A stretch of DNA of 64,000 bases from Octopus bimaculoides (GCF_001194135.2 NC_068994.1:9218835-9282834); one strand, 5' to 3'; positions 1-14,615 are shown, counted from the first letter of the stretch. The notes: a model not told the origin generated them from the sequence alone. Numbers and translations are program-made.

Positions 1-239
1 ATTGACATGATGACAAGAGTTATCCACTTAATAACATAGTGTATCAATTCATCTGACTTTTACGTAGTTCGCCAGCAATAAATTTGATGTATTCGTGACT
101 CGATTAATCTTTGTTATGCGGATGTAGGCTTTCCAAGTGAAGCAAATGGACGGACATTTAAGCATACGCTGATAATACTACATACACACATATGCATACA
201 TATATGTCTATCGTATTTATACACACATGCATATATAAG

Positions 240-331
<92 letters not shown>

Positions 332-678
332 NNNNNNNNNNNNNNNNNNNNNNNNNNNNNNNNNNNNNNNNNNNNNNNNNNNNNNNNNNNNNNNNNNNNN
401 NNNNNNNNNNNNNNNNNNNNNNNNNNNNNNNNNNNNNNNNNNNNNNNNNNNNNNNNNNNNNNNNNNNNNNNNNNNNNNNNNNNNNNNNNNNNNNNNNNNN
501 NNNNNNNNNNNNNNNNNNNNNNNNNNNNNNNNNNNNNNNNNNNNNNNNNNNNNNNNNNNNNNNNNNNNNNNNNNNNNNNNNNNNNNNNNNNNNNNNNNNN
601 NNNNNNNNNNNNNNNNNNNNNNNNNNNNNNNNNNNNNNNNNNNNNNNNNNNNNNNNNNNNNNNNNNNTATACATATAT

Positions 679-826
679 ACGACGGGCTTCTTTCAGTTTC
701 CGTCTACCAAGTCCACTCACTAGGCTTTGGTCGACCCGAGGAGACACTTGCCCAAGGTGCCATGCAGTGGGATTAAACCCGGGACCATGTGGTTGGTAAG
801 CAAGCTACTTACCACATAGCCACTCT
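679..826 (-). mobile_element. tRNA-derived SINE family A (GAGTGGCTGTGTGGTAAGTAGCTTGCT...GACGGAAACTGAAAGAAGCCCGTCG), with an internal deletion
   Basis: High similarity to the reverse complements of 24880-25049 and 45204-45363, with an A-box-like TGGCTRTGTGG. Confidence 0.8.
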
Positions 827-2487
827 ATGTATATGTGTGTATACATAAGTACAAGCATACATAATTGACATACTGTATACATACACACATACATTTATAC
901 ATATCCAATATACTACATTCACACAAACACGCGTACATACAAATATATACATGCTCGCACGCTCATTCACACATGCATATGTGTTTGTGCGAATTTAAAC
1001 GAACATGATATATTGAAGTGAAGTTGCAGAACTTAAAATGTTTACTAACAACCCTATATTTCTCAGAGTTTTGTACGCTCATACAATGATTTAGACCATC
1101 AGATGTTCGAAGGGTATTTTCTGAATCGTATTAATGATTAATGATATGGTTAAATGATATAACTGAATGACATTGTGCAGCAACAATATCAAAATCGTAT
1201 AAGAAATCGCAGATGGCATACACTTGTTTGAAATGAATGAGTAAATCATTTTCTTTTTCATGTTATATGACCCAAAACATCGGTTGATGACTTAGTGGAT
1301 TCTACCTTATTAAATGTGACAAAAGGAAAAATAGTCCGAGGTGGAGGTATACAAATATCTGGAATTGAATCAATGACTAAATTATCGAATTATTAGAGGG
1401 ATGTTCTATATAAGTGCAGTGAAATTTGAAATCCGTAGAATGTTGAAAACTAACATTGTAACTGTGGTACAAGTGATCATAGAAGGGTTGGTGACAATGA
1501 AGGGGAACATAGAAAAATGAATAGAGATTATCGTAGCGGTGTGGAATAGAGATATTGCACTGTGTTTGCTTAAGGAAAAGATCTGAAATATCACGAAGGA
1601 CACTCGTAGGAAGATTAACTAAAAGGAGTAGAAGTGTTAAGGACTATGTGATTTGGCATGCAAATCTATATATTAAAGCTCGCTATCGAAACAAAATATT
1701 CACCAGTTTATAATACCATTCTGAGAAAACAACAACAACAGCAACAACGATACTCGCTCCTGAGTTAAGTATAGAGACGCCAGATTTGATGGAAGGAGTA
1801 AGTCGTTAACATTCACGCCTGTACTTGATTGTTTCATAGATGTAACCAGAACGTATCAAAGCCTTAATTAAACTCAGTGGGATTTGAACTGGGACTATAA
1901 AGAATTGCTTTTTGTATACTTAAGGACTCTACACTACCTCCTCCCGCAACCTCCCAGGAATGGTGGGCGTTGAAGAAAATAACCATGCATGTATGAGTAG
2001 CAACAACTTTAAATTGAATATAACAGTAAGGATTTCAAGAACTTAATACTTTTGATAAATTCATGTATACGATAGAAATGTACATTAAACACATTTAAAA
2101 AATATATATATATTTGACGTTTTCAATAGTTTCCTCTCTAATTATTTTCAGATATATTATTACTGAATATGTAAGAAATATCACTGAGGAATCGGTCTAG
2201 TATTCTTTATTGTGTTCCTGATCTAAAGCTACGGTAGCGCCATTAATATGACATATATCATCTGATCTCTATCTGTACGCTGTACTAAATCATTTGCCCT
2301 TTGTGTGCATATACGTTACTTCCTGTCACAAAATACGTCAACATCGTTGCCCTCAAGTATCAATGGAAGTATTTACACACAAATGCACACACACATGCCA
2401 TCACACACGCACGCACACGCATACATATGTACACAAACACACGCACAGGCACACAAACACAAAAACGTACAAAGGCACACACACACG

Positions 2488-2523
<36 letters not shown>

Positions 2524-3096
2524 AACACACAAACATAGACACACACGCACACACAGAAACACCCACACAGATGCTTGTACGGTAAAATATGTTTAAAATC
2601 CAAGCGGATACGTTATAAGCACTCGGTCGCAATAAAATTTGGCTAACTAAATGTGAAAACCGTTTCAATCTACATCGGCCGTCAGATTACATTCCGCTTT
2701 CTGCACAATTTATGAATCAAAGGTTTTAATACCGAATTATTTTAGAATACAGTTACAAAATATAGTAGAAAAGCACAAGACAATGGCGGATTATACATTG
2801 TTTAATCAGCTTACGCAAGTTTCTGATAAATACGTAAAATGCAAAATTCTGCGAGGCATTAATCATGCATAATAAGGCAAATGATACCACCATAGAGTTC
2901 ATAGCTGCCATTCTATTGTTGTAGTTGGGCTCAGGGTTCAGGACACTTTGAGACTCTTTACAATATATTGTTCTCAACACTTAAATCTTTAGACAGATCA
3001 AGTGAAATTGTGTAAAGTGAAAATACACTTCAAACACAACAACAATAATAATTATAACGTCATAACAATAAGACGACTCTCACTCACTCACTCTCC

Positions 3097-3142
<46 letters not shown>

Positions 3143-3283
3143 ATATATATACGTATATACAAATAACTATACATACATACATATATATATATACACACAC
3201 ATATATATATGTGTGTGTNNNNNNNNNNTATATATATGTGTGTGTGTGTGTGTGTGTATGTGTGTATATATAATAATAAAATG

Positions 3284-3350
<67 letters not shown>

Positions 3351-5912
3351 TAATAATAACAGCAAGAACAATGATACATAATAAATAATTCGCTGCTTTC
3401 TTCCAAGGAATGTAATGCTCTTAGCTTAGTTTTTCATTGTGTGTGTTTGTGTATATACCTATAGACTACGGCACTTTACAAGCATTATATGTTATATTGC
3501 AAAGCTAGAAGATTTTTATATTGGCAATGGTAGAACCATATATGGTGGCATGATAATATGTCTTACAAGACACTTTCTTTACGAATATAGAGAGAACTGC
3601 CAAGTTGTCTACAGATTTATGTGTGCAAAGATACAAATCATGTTAGTTTTAGTTATTCTTAGCTCTTGGCAATATAGCGATGAAAAGGAACTGAAATATC
3701 TCTCTTACAATTACAATTGTACATCTAACTGTTTTGACCTCATTTCATGCTTTATTATAATACAGCCATTTTGAATTTCTAAAGGATGACAAAAAATAGT
3801 GTAATGTTCCTCTGAGACATTAGCTTTAAGCATATGGAACTCTTTAGAAATACAAATAAAAACTAAACGTCTATTACACGTGTTATCATCAAATCGTCGT
3901 CATCGTCATCATCATTATCATTATCATTATAAACATTCTCAGCATGGGTAACTGACATATCATAATTGATATCATATCTTCCTCTCATTATCATTGTCTC
4001 AATCGATAAAGCTATCACTGCCATCATCTTATTTATTGTATTAGCCGTCGTCGCCGTCGTCGACCTCATCTGCATCAGCATCAGCAGCAGCAACAAAAGT
4101 ACCACGCAAACGCTTGTATTTACCTCTATGTCTTCATGCTCCTTCCCCCTTCTCCCCTCCTTCTCTTCTTTTTCTATTTCTCTCTCTTCTCCTCCTCTTC
4201 TGGTTCTTTTCTTCCCACCACACATCATTGTTATCTGAGATTCATTATACTAAATTACGGCAAAGTAATAAATGTCGTTTATGTTATGAATAATTAAGGA
4301 AATTTACATAACTTCTAATATACCCGTTTATAGCAAAATAAATGAATAGATAAATAAATGTAGAAAAAAGGAAAGAAAAGATATGAAAATAAATTAAAAT
4401 AAATAACAAATAAATAAAACAAACACTAAAACGTGAAAAGTAAATAGATTAGAAATTGAAATAGAAGATTAAGAAAGAAAAAAAAATGGTAAGAATATTT
4501 TAACACCTCAGTGACACATCCAAGAAGGAAAATTATCAACGGTAAGATTAGCGAAAAATCAAGAGAATTATAAACATTCTCCTTTTTCCTCTTCTTCCGT
4601 TTCCTCCTGGAGTGAGTTACAAAATTTTAGGAAGGAAAAATTGAAAGCTAATTATATTTGGATTAAGAACAGTTTCATCCTTATCTTGGTCTAAAACAGT
4701 CCTGTAGACCGCATGGTATAGAGGACTATAAACATATTAGGTTTGCTATTCCTGAGATTTGCTCCTCGTTGAAAAGCCGCAATTATTTTTCTCTCAAGTT
4801 CGCAAAAAGTGATAATAGCATTAATAAATGAGACGTTGACATAATTGTAAATGGCAGAACTTGGCAGCTATATTTTTTGGTTTCAGTGAAAATGTCGTCA
4901 CGTATTTGTTGCTGTTATTGTCACATCAGACTGTTTGTCCTTTGTACAAAACCATTGCAGATCTTTAGCAAATCGAATTAATGTTATAAAGATACGTGTA
5001 ATAATGGGCATATTTTTAATAGCAAAATATGAGAGAAAAATGTGTTAGTATGAAGCTAATTTTATAAACTCAGAACTACTTCTTTACCGAATAATTTATC
5101 TCCGGAAATTACGACAACATGATGGGTAATTAATGCCTAATATACCAAAAACGAAAATCTTCTGCATGATGTCATAAGCATAAGTGTTATTTTACGATTC
5201 TTGATAAAAGTCACCAAGGATTTAACAAACTGTAGTTGGCTCCCCGAGAGACGAACTAAAAGTGGAATTAGATATAAATCTTATAGACATGCAATGTTAA
5301 ATCAATGCTCTTACATCAGTTATGGCTGAGCTAAAAGTTCCGAAGGTTATCGGAGAACAATGCAGATTGAAATGTAAGATAATATTTCTTCTCTTCTTGA
5401 AGCATAGATTATGTATTGCTTTTTTATTTTTATTTTGGTCAGCTCTGAGGCTCATTGACCAGAAGTTATAAGCTCCATTGGCCATTTAGCGATTCTAAAA
5501 TCCGATAATATTACAACAGTGAAAAATGTTTGTTGTAGAAATCATCTTTGCAATGCGAGATTTCTTTTACAGCAGCGAAAAATGAATTATGATCGCAAGG
5601 AAATACTTCTTGCATGTTTGCATGATTCCCCTTAGATCGTTTTTATAGAATAACTTGAAATGATAGTTATAAATTTGATAGTGTATTGCTATAAAATATC
5701 ATCCTGACGGAAGAACATCGTACAAGAGCAATAGTACAAGAGAAAAAATTTCCATGAATTACATTTGTTTTATTTCGAACAATTTAGTATCAGAGAAGCA
5801 GATTTGCAGTATTAGAGAATACACTGTGTACACAAATGAAGGTGGTCTGTACCATTCCATAGATGGTTATAGTTTAGTTCAGTTTTCACAATAAATTGAA
5901 AGAAATGTCAGG

Positions 5913-5978
<66 letters not shown>

Positions 5979-6319
5979 ATATAGGATAAATTATTTATAA
6001 GAATTTATCAAGTAGTCAGCGTTGAGTTAAATGTTTTTAAGAGATAAATTTTGAAAAGCTGCATTCCCTCGCTTTCGGTAAATATGTTGCTTATTTTTGG
6101 TAGTTTTTTTTTACTTATTTAGTCCCTCGATAGCGTGAGGCATTGATACACAGTTAATGGCCTTTATATATAATTATATATATATATATATATATATGAA
6201 ATAGCTATTCTTATGAATGGTGTCCTTATTTTGAAAACAATACAGTCGATTAGGCTGACATCATGACGCTGACAGTTGTTGCAACAATAATAGTAAATAG
6301 TTATATCACTAATAAATGC

Positions 6320-6356
6320 ATCATTATTATTATTATCATCATTACTATTATTATTA

Positions 6357-6417
<61 letters not shown>

Positions 6418-6425
6418 CATTATTC
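6320..6425. repeat. (TTA/TCA)n microsatellite; similar tracts at about 3280-3360, 6780-6910, 7945-8010, 16870-16960, 24705-24780 and 62013-62073
   Basis: Read directly from the sequence. Confidence 0.95.
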
Positions 6426-6809
6426 ATGTTGATTTATCATCATTCATTTATATAGTGTAATTTTTATCAAAACAATGTTTACAACATTCATAGTTTTATT
6501 TATTTATTTATTTATTTATAAATATATTGTATGTTAAATTTTTGTACGGGTTTATTTTGCATCGTTTTAATTTTGAATATTTTGTATGCAACACATAATT
6601 TTAACATGTTATAGGATAAGAAAACTTTCTGTATATTACACAACTTTACTTACACTAAAATGCACATCAAATTAATGAAAAACATTCTTTGTAAATATGA
6701 GAAAATTTAATTCAATATTATTCTATTATTCAAAAAAAAAAATACTCGCGTAATATTATTTTCCGTTATTTAAGATGAATGTCATCATCATCATCATCAT
6801 CATCATCAC

Positions 6810-6881
<72 letters not shown>

Positions 6882-7946
6882 CATCATTATTATTATCATC
6901 ATTATTATTATTTCTTACAGTAAAAATATATCTTTCTGAGAAAATTTTATTTTCGTACGAGATGTAATAAGTGCTGATTTCAACGTGATGTCATTATGCT
7001 AATGTAAGTTCAAGAAACTTCGCCTGTACAAACGAATAGACTAGACGGAATAATCTGAGTATAAGGGTAAGCAAATATAATATATGCGCACACATACATA
7101 TAAATGTGTTTCTATGTGCGAATATGTTTGGCTGTGTTTCTGTCCCTCTCTCTCTCTCTCTGCGTACATGTCCGTGTGTATTCATGTGTGTGTTAGCACG
7201 TTTCAACAATATATAGATACTTACATGTACGCGCGCATCTGTACGAAGGTAGTACGTACATATATATATATATGGTTGTATATATATATNNNNNNNNNNT
7301 GCGTGTGTGTGTGTGTGTGTATAAGCACCTAAATACTTCAAACGGATTTCCTCCACTTATTATACTACACACATGTTTAGGCTAAGGAGTGATAGGCTTT
7401 TGTGCGGATTCTTCTGATATCCCCAGAGAAATGCACACAATGTCTCCAACAACTGAAATGATTTTAAGAAGGCGGTGAACAGCTAATAGATCCATTTGAC
7501 AAACAGCAGAACGTTGTCGTCGAAACGCGTCCACTGCTACCAAGCAGGAATTGTGCTATTGCTGCAAGGTTCCCATCCTTAGTGTAGTTCGTGCATGGGT
7601 CATAGGATTATGTGGTTACAATGTCAAAATGTACATTTCGTATAAGCACAGTTACTGAATCGGTTGTTATCATAGAAGACTCGCCCCACAAGCAATTGAT
7701 ACTGCTGATGGCGAAGCTGAATGTAGCGGATATTGATGAAATGGTGATTTGAAGTTGGGTGAATACAGTAACACGAAAGTATCGCCTCGTTTGTTTACTG
7801 GACACCAATAGTGGCGTCACATTTACGCTCCCGAAGATGATTATATCAAACGGTATTTAAAATATCACATCCCTAAATAGTAAACGAGTAAACAAGTATT
7901 CCTAAACGTAGAACGCGATAGTAAACAAGATGCATTAAAATAACAC

Positions 7947-7977
<31 letters not shown>

Positions 7978-9518
7978 TAATAATAATAATAATTATTATT
8001 ATTATTATTATTATAGAAATAATAATACCAATGTGCAACGTATACATATATGTATATGTATATGTATATATACATATATATGTNNNNNNNNNNNNNNNNN
8101 NNNNNNNNNNNNNNNNNNNNNNNNNNNNNNNNNNNNNNNNNNNNNNNNNNNNNNNNNNNNNNNNNNNNNNNNNNNNNNNNNNNNNNNNNNNNNNNNNNNN
8201 NNNNNNNNNNNNNNNNNNNNNNNNNNNNNNNNNNNNNNNNNNNNNNNNNNNNNNNNNNNNNNNNNNNNNNNNNNNNNNNNNNNNNNNNNNNNNNNNNNNN
8301 NNNNNNNNNNNNNNNNNNNNNNNNNNNNNNNNNNNNNNNNNNNNNNNNNNNNNNNNNNNNNNNNNNNNNNNNNNNNNNNNNNNNNNNNNNNNNNNNNNNN
8401 NNNNNNNNNNNNNNNNNNNNNNNNNNNNNNNNNNNNNNNNNNNNNNNNNNNNNNNNNNNNNNNNNNNNNNNNNNNNNNNNNNNNNNNNNNNNNNNNNNNN
8501 NNNNNNNNNNNNNNNNNNNNNNNNNNNNNNNNNNNNNNNNNNNNNNNNNNNNNNNNNNNNNNNNNNNNNNNNNNNNNNNNNNNNNNNNNNNNNNNNNNNN
8601 NNNNNNNNNNNNNNNNNNNNNNNNNNNNNNNNNNNNNNNNNNNNNNNNNNNNNNNNNNNNNNNNNNNNNNNNNNNNNNNNNNNNTATATATATATATATA
8701 TATATGTGTGTATATATGCATATGTATACATCTCTCTCTCTCTCTTTCTGTCTCTCAGTATATATTTATATATGTGTTTGCGTTTCTCCGTGTGTCTGTG
8801 TATGTGTTTGCGTGTATGTGTATGTGTGTGTGAGTAAACGTATGCATAAATACGTACAAATCTATAAGAAATGGCGCCAAATATATATTTCCTAATTTAT
8901 TTTCCTTGACTACTTACTGCAAACCACTCTAAAACGTGAGGTTATGCACTCAATTTGCAAGACGTATCATCGTAGCAGCTCTAATATACCGAATACAAAG
9001 CCGTTATTAATAGCTTTGTCTTATAAATATTACTTAATATTGCCGTATTTAAATACTGCCGTACCTATCTGCCTATCGACTGATTTCTCCAATTATATAT
9101 ATATATATATNNNNNNNNNNNNNNNNNNNNNNNNNNNNNNNNNNNNNNNNNNNNNNNNNNNNNNNNNNNNNNNNNNNNNNNNNNNNNNNNNNNNNNNNNN
9201 NNNNNNNNNNNNNNNNNNNNNNNNNNNNNNNNNNNNNNNNNNNNNNNNNNNNNNNNNNNNNNNNNNNNNNNNNNNNNNNNNNNNNNNNNNNNNNNNNNNN
9301 NNNNNNNNNNNNNNNNNNNNNNNNNNNNNNNNNNNNNNNNNNNNNNNNNNNNNNNNNNNNNNNNNNNNNNNNNNNNNNNNNNNNNNNNNNNNNNNNNNNN
9401 NNNNNNNNNNNNNNNNNNNNNNNNNNNNNNNNNNNNNNNNNNNNNNNNNNNNNNNNNNNNNNNNNNNNNNNNNNNNNNNNNNNNNNNNNNNNNNNNNNNN
9501 NNNNNNNNNNNNNNNNNN

Positions 9519-9565
<47 letters not shown>

Positions 9566-11246
9566 GAACCCCCTCAGTGACATACGCATAAGTATGTGTG
9601 TTTTGTTTTTGTGTATTTTGTTATATGTATTTATGTCTTGTATGCAGCAATTCTTTAGAAAATGTAGCATTTCTTTCCTTATGGAAAACGGATTTTTGAC
9701 GCATCTCCGTTATACTCCTTATGTATGCATTTATATTCTGTATAGAACTGGACAGCCGTATTATTTTCACTGAAGCCTTCTCATATTACTGTATTAGTGA
9801 AAAATTTTACTGTTGATGAGTAGGAAGCTGTCAATGCACTTTCCTAAATTCCAGACTCCTGTGGAGGGCTAATATTTCATAAAACTATTTGTCCCCATCT
9901 TTCTACTCCTCAATCTATTTTGATTCCAATTTTAGAAAGAGAGGGAGTTAGGAAAATAAACACAAACAGAACACAGCCAGATTATCTCGCGGAACAATGC
10001 GTTAGTGATTGTGTGTTTATCATTAAAATGAAGAATTTATACGAAATTCTTCTGATTGGACTTAATTATTATTTTTCTATTACTACATATATGCCTAGCA
10101 TTATATGTTTTCTTTCATCAATAATACCAAATGGATTATGAAGGAATGAATAGATGATGTTTATATCACCATGGAGGTGTATAAAATGGAGAAATTATGC
10201 AAGATGGAGTCTTCCTTCTAGCCATTCAACGAGCAGTGCCTAGAACGGTATTAACTTATTTGTTGGGAGAAATTATCGGTTCAGTATTTTGAAAAGTTCA
10301 AAACTCGCAGGAACGAATTATTTGCAACATTAAACTAATTCAGACCGAGATTAACTGTTGAAGAGAATTTTAGAGATATAAATCTTCTGGATTTCACTTT
10401 GATTCCAAACACGGAATCTTTTGTGATAATTAGAAAATACAGCAGTTTCATCATTTTACACATAAACTGAAGGCAATGAAATTGCCGAACGTCAGCTATG
10501 TAGTGATAAAATTCTGTCATAGAAAACGTGTAACATTCTTCGACGAAGATGAGACACAAAGAATGAAAATGTTATAGCAGGAAACGTAGCTAATAAAAAG
10601 GAAAAGAAAATGTTTATTGAAGCAATATTATAACTTTTCCGAAAATATGTATAAGATATTTCTTATATGATATCATTCCCCATAGAAAATTGCTGAAAAG
10701 CTCGAGGTAATAGAAAAATGCACGGTAAATGCTACCTGCAACCGTTTTAACAAATCCTGCATCGAGGTGAAATACATAAGCAAGTGAATTCTTTCTAGGA
10801 ATATAAAGGCCAACAGGAAAATAATGCTCAGAAATTGCAAATATTTGTCAGTCAAATTACAAAAGAATATACACAATACCCCGTGAGCAGTGTTCTCTTT
10901 AGGACCTGGTATTTAATAGATCCATTAGCAAATATACTCTCTTCTCTTACAATTCGCCTAAACCTTGTTAGATTAAAAAATTCAAAGGCAGTCTAACATT
11001 TATTTCCCCAAAGTTTCTAATAACCCAACCTAATCGTAGCATACCACACGCTACCAATACATTTATATTTATATATTCATATATATATATATATATATAT
11101 ATATANNNNNNNNNNNNNNNNNNNNNNNNNNNNNNNNNNNNNTATATATACATACATACATATATGTATATGTATATATATATATGTCTGCGTGTGTGTG
11201 TGCGTACCTGTGTATGTATATATATATATATATATATATATACATT

Positions 11247-11247
11247 T

Positions 11248-11301
<54 letters not shown>

Positions 11302-11305
11302 ATAG
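11247..11305. repeat. (GTA)n microsatellite; another at about 62668-62733
   Basis: Read directly from the sequence. Confidence 0.95.
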
Positions 11306-11892
11306 TAGATATTTGTTATGTTCCAGTGACATTTGAAAGCAATGTGTAATGAATGCCTTCCATCACAAATTTTCAGGGAATTCGTCTCTACTTCCGAAAC
11401 CGATTTACTAATATGTATATCAGGAATGCCTTTCAGAGTTATAAATCATGTGAAGAATCCTTTCTGGTCCTTTTTCTCTGGTTGTTATAATATTCTTATT
11501 GTTATTTTTTTTGTTATTATTATTCACAGCCGTTCAGTGATATTATTTATATTCAGAATGTCGGCGCCGTGTTTCCGCTCAATAACTTGGACTGCAGTGC
11601 TTTTTTTTTTTTGTTTGTTTGTTTTGTTTTATAAAACTCAATGGGAGTTTCTGAGTGTTTGCAAATATATTGAAAACGAGGTATTTAATGGGAAAAGATT
11701 TTTTAAAAAATGATATAAAAATCGGGATCCATGAAAATTGCTTACATAACTTTGCAAGTACCTACAGATAAATACAACGGAAGATTCATTGCTGCACGAA
11801 TGAATGTACGACACGTAATTGATCACTATCTCTTATTTGTATATATATGTATATATATATATATGTGTGTGTGTGTGAGTTTGAAGTGTTAC

Positions 11893-12000
11893 GTGTGTGG
11901 CAAGTCGTTTCCTTACCGACCACAGGCACTCTGGTTCAGTTCCACTGTGTGTCTTCTGTCATAGCTTCCAGCCGACTAAAGGCATGTGAGTGGATCTGAT
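11893..12000 (+). mobile_element. Degenerate SINE family A copy
   Basis: Contains CCGACCACAGG..GGTTCAGTTCCACTGTGTGTCTTCTGTCATAGC..CCGACTAAAGGCATGTGAGTGGAT, colinear with family A. Confidence 0.55.
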
Positions 12001-13017
12001 ATGTATACACACACACAATATATATAAATAGTAGTTGACAGAGCGGGAAAAATTACGATACGTGACTAGCATTGAGATGGAAATTTGATTCTAGCGGTTA
12101 GTTACGAAGTTTGGTGTGCGTGTGTATGTGCAAGCATATTAGTGCATTCCTGTTAGGAGTGGGGCTATTGTAATGTGGTATGTGTGTTTGTTTGACTCTC
12201 TATAGAATTGAATATGCGCAGTTTTATAATAGCGTAGATTTACGTGGTGAGGGGTTCATGTATGTGTTTGTGTGTGTGCTTGTGTGTGTATGTGTGTGTG
12301 TGTTTGTGTTTCTGTGTATACTCGGTAAGTGTATGTATGAAGAAAGTTTGGATGTGAGGAGTTTGGAGACTGATGCAAAATGGATGACAGGAATGATTGC
12401 CGAGTGTGATAGATGGGGGCGCTTTTTGCACGAGAATAAGTACAAAGAAAAGAGAAAGCGCCCACTTCTGAAAGATAAGGAATCTAAAATAAGAAAGAAA
12501 AGCAAATAATATTTGAATTTTAAAAATCAATGGTAATAACTATTAAAAACAATAGGGAGAGAAGATTTATGAGTTCTGTTGACAGAAGTAAAGTCATTTA
12601 TATCCTACAAAACAGCGGCGAAAAACTAATAAAGCTAAGCGAAAGCATATTTTAGAGTTGTTAGCGCGAAGAAAAGTTATTGAAAAATTCCTGTACACTG
12701 TTAAAATTAATAGGTGTACATGCATCGAGGTAAACTCTCGTATTTCGTGAAAGAGGGCTTTGTAAATTTCTGAATGGTAATTTAGTGTATTTTTGGCGCA
12801 TTAGTTCACTTTCTCCGTCAAACTGATGTTCCCTGACAGGTACAACGTGTACCATAAATCGAGTGTCGAGGTGATCGCTGTGCAACACGAGATGAAGCGT
12901 TTTGCTCAAGAACTCAATGAACCACGCGGTCATGGAAGCAACACTGTGATCACCGCCATGCGCCCTCGTACTCACAGACACAGATGTATATACACACAGA
13001 TATATCCATAAACCTAT

Positions 13018-13049
<32 letters not shown>

Positions 13050-13050
13050 G

Positions 13051-13097
<47 letters not shown>

Positions 13098-13105
13098 GTA
13101 AATAG
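13018..13105. repeat. (GATA)n tetranucleotide repeat
   Basis: Read directly from the sequence. Confidence 0.95.
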
Positions 13106-13754
13106 ATTGATTGATTAAGACAGAGAGAGAGGAATGAGCGAGATAGAGTGAGGGAGAGAGGAGGGGAAGATATACTAGAACCTTTCATGCCAGGTGGCAT
13201 TTTGTTGTTGCTCACGAGATTTTCCTTTAAGAATATACGTGTATTATTACTATTTTACCGTTCTTCTCCATCTTATTGTTGTTCTTAAACGTGACTGTTG
13301 TACTGCTTTTCTTGAAGGAAAGTCATTATCTTTTTAAAGGGTCATCATATTTTTTTGTCTTTTTTAATTGGGTGTTTTTATTTTTATTTTATGGAATTTT
13401 TTTGTTTGTTTTTGACAGCAGTGAGGTTCTTTCACTCGGGGCGTATCCCTAAACGGAAGACGAAGTTGCAGGTGAAAATAATCTTAAACAAAAAAAGGAA
13501 ATGATAATATTCCATTGCTAGAATTACTTTCAAGATGTTCACAGGAGGCCGTGAAATGATGCAAGAACCTAAACGAAAATTATATTTTTCAGTTCCAATT
13601 GAAAAAAATCATCCGCAATTTTGTGGACAAAAAAATTAACGTCACCACTACTATGTCAGAGTAAAGAATAACAATAATAATAATAATAATGATAACACTG
13701 ATAATAATAACAGTTATGAATATGCTAAAACTAATAATAATAATAATCCTTTCT

Positions 13755-13826
13755 GAAATTTGTGGGATGGCGGTAAGTCGATGATATCGACCTCAGTACT
13801 CAAGTAGTACATATTTTTTCGTCTCC

Positions 13827-13857
<31 letters not shown>

Positions 13858-13928
13858 ACGGTAAAGTCGAATTTCAAATCAAAACGTGAAGACGAACGAA
13901 ATACCGCTAAGACATTTCGCACTGCCCT
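13755..13928 (-). mobile_element. Degenerate family B SINE with an internal poly(A) run
   Basis: Contains GTCGATGATATCGACCTCAGT, AAAGTCGA and ACGAAATACCGCTAAG; A-run at about 13827-13855. Confidence 0.55.
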
Positions 13929-13980
13929 CAAAATAATTATTATTATCATTATCATTATTATTATTATTAGAATTATTATA

Positions 13981-14525
13981 AATGCCCTGATGCAGTATCA
14001 GGCAGCGGCTTTCATGGCCTCTGATCTAAACTGATTGGAAGTGTTATAATGTGCATTGTTTTGTCTTGGTATAAACGATGGGCTACAGCAAATATTCTGC
14101 TCAATACCACAGACTTGCTTGTCAGTTGTTTCGCCATAATCAGTTGAGCATGTTCCTTAATGGCTGACGATTTGTGCATCAGTGATCACGAGCAGAGGTG
14201 TAGTAGCCATGTTTTGAGAGGAATTCTTTTGGGTTTGAATAATTCGCCTCTGGAATTATTGGTGTTTTGTTGATCATTCTTAAACAACCCTTATTCAGGG
14301 ACCCGTTGAGATGGATGGGCTTCCCAACCTGAACAAAATTATGACCGGTCCCCGCTTGCAGCGTCAGGCACTGCTTCTCTTGATATGAGATCACTATGTC
14401 GAGCACATATGGTCGTGATGCATTTGCCTGGTGCATCCCTATCAGACGGCTAGTCATGATGGGTATATAGGCTTCGTATATTTGTACCGCACTGTCACTT
14501 TGATGCCAGCACTGATCTGCCACTC
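13981..14525. mobile_element. About 545-bp unclassified interspersed repeat bounded by oppositely oriented (TTA)n and (TAA)n arms, copy 1
   Basis: Shares ATGGGCTAC(A/G)GCAAATAT(T/C)CTGCTCAATA, TGAGAGGAA and TATCAGA(C/G)GG(C/G)TAGTC with 15503-15970 (direct) and 18000-18265 (inverted). Confidence 0.7.

Positions 14526-14615
<90 letters not shown>

Noticed and set aside
114-776. Long ORFs full of X (also 7865-8895, 33681-34281, 49242-50121, 52921-54096 and others)
   Set aside because: They are artefacts of N-gaps read through without stops, plus flanking dinucleotide repeats.
3391-3437. Sequence shared with 19070-19115 (GCTGCTTTCTTCCAAGGAAT.TAATGCTCTTAG.TTAGTTTTTC)
   Set aside because: It is most simply two fragments of an ordinary interspersed repeat, too short to classify.
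7510-7527. Resemblance to miR-981/miR-76 (CGTTGTCGTCGAAAC)
   Set aside because: The 5' and 3' ends differ from the mature miRNA as I recall it and no pre-miRNA hairpin arm is evident; a hammerhead remnant fits better.
9745-11640. Several short AG-preceded open peptides (LDSRIIFTEAF.., PRLTVEENFRDINLL.., PFSDIIYIQNVG..)
   Set aside because: Such pseudo-exons are common in AT-rich introns, their donors are weak, and phases could not be chained into a coherent protein.
12661-13215. 184-aa minus ORF and 61-aa plus ORF with an acceptor-like CCCTGACAG
   Set aside because: The minus strand contains GGCGCATGG..GTTCTTGAGCAAAACGCTTCATCTCGTGTTGC, a decayed SINE head like 35290-35420, and the rest is (GATA)n and purine repeat.
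14179-14523. 114-aa minus ORF
   Set aside because: It lies wholly inside a multi-copy repeat, and I saw no sign of the frame being kept in the other copies.
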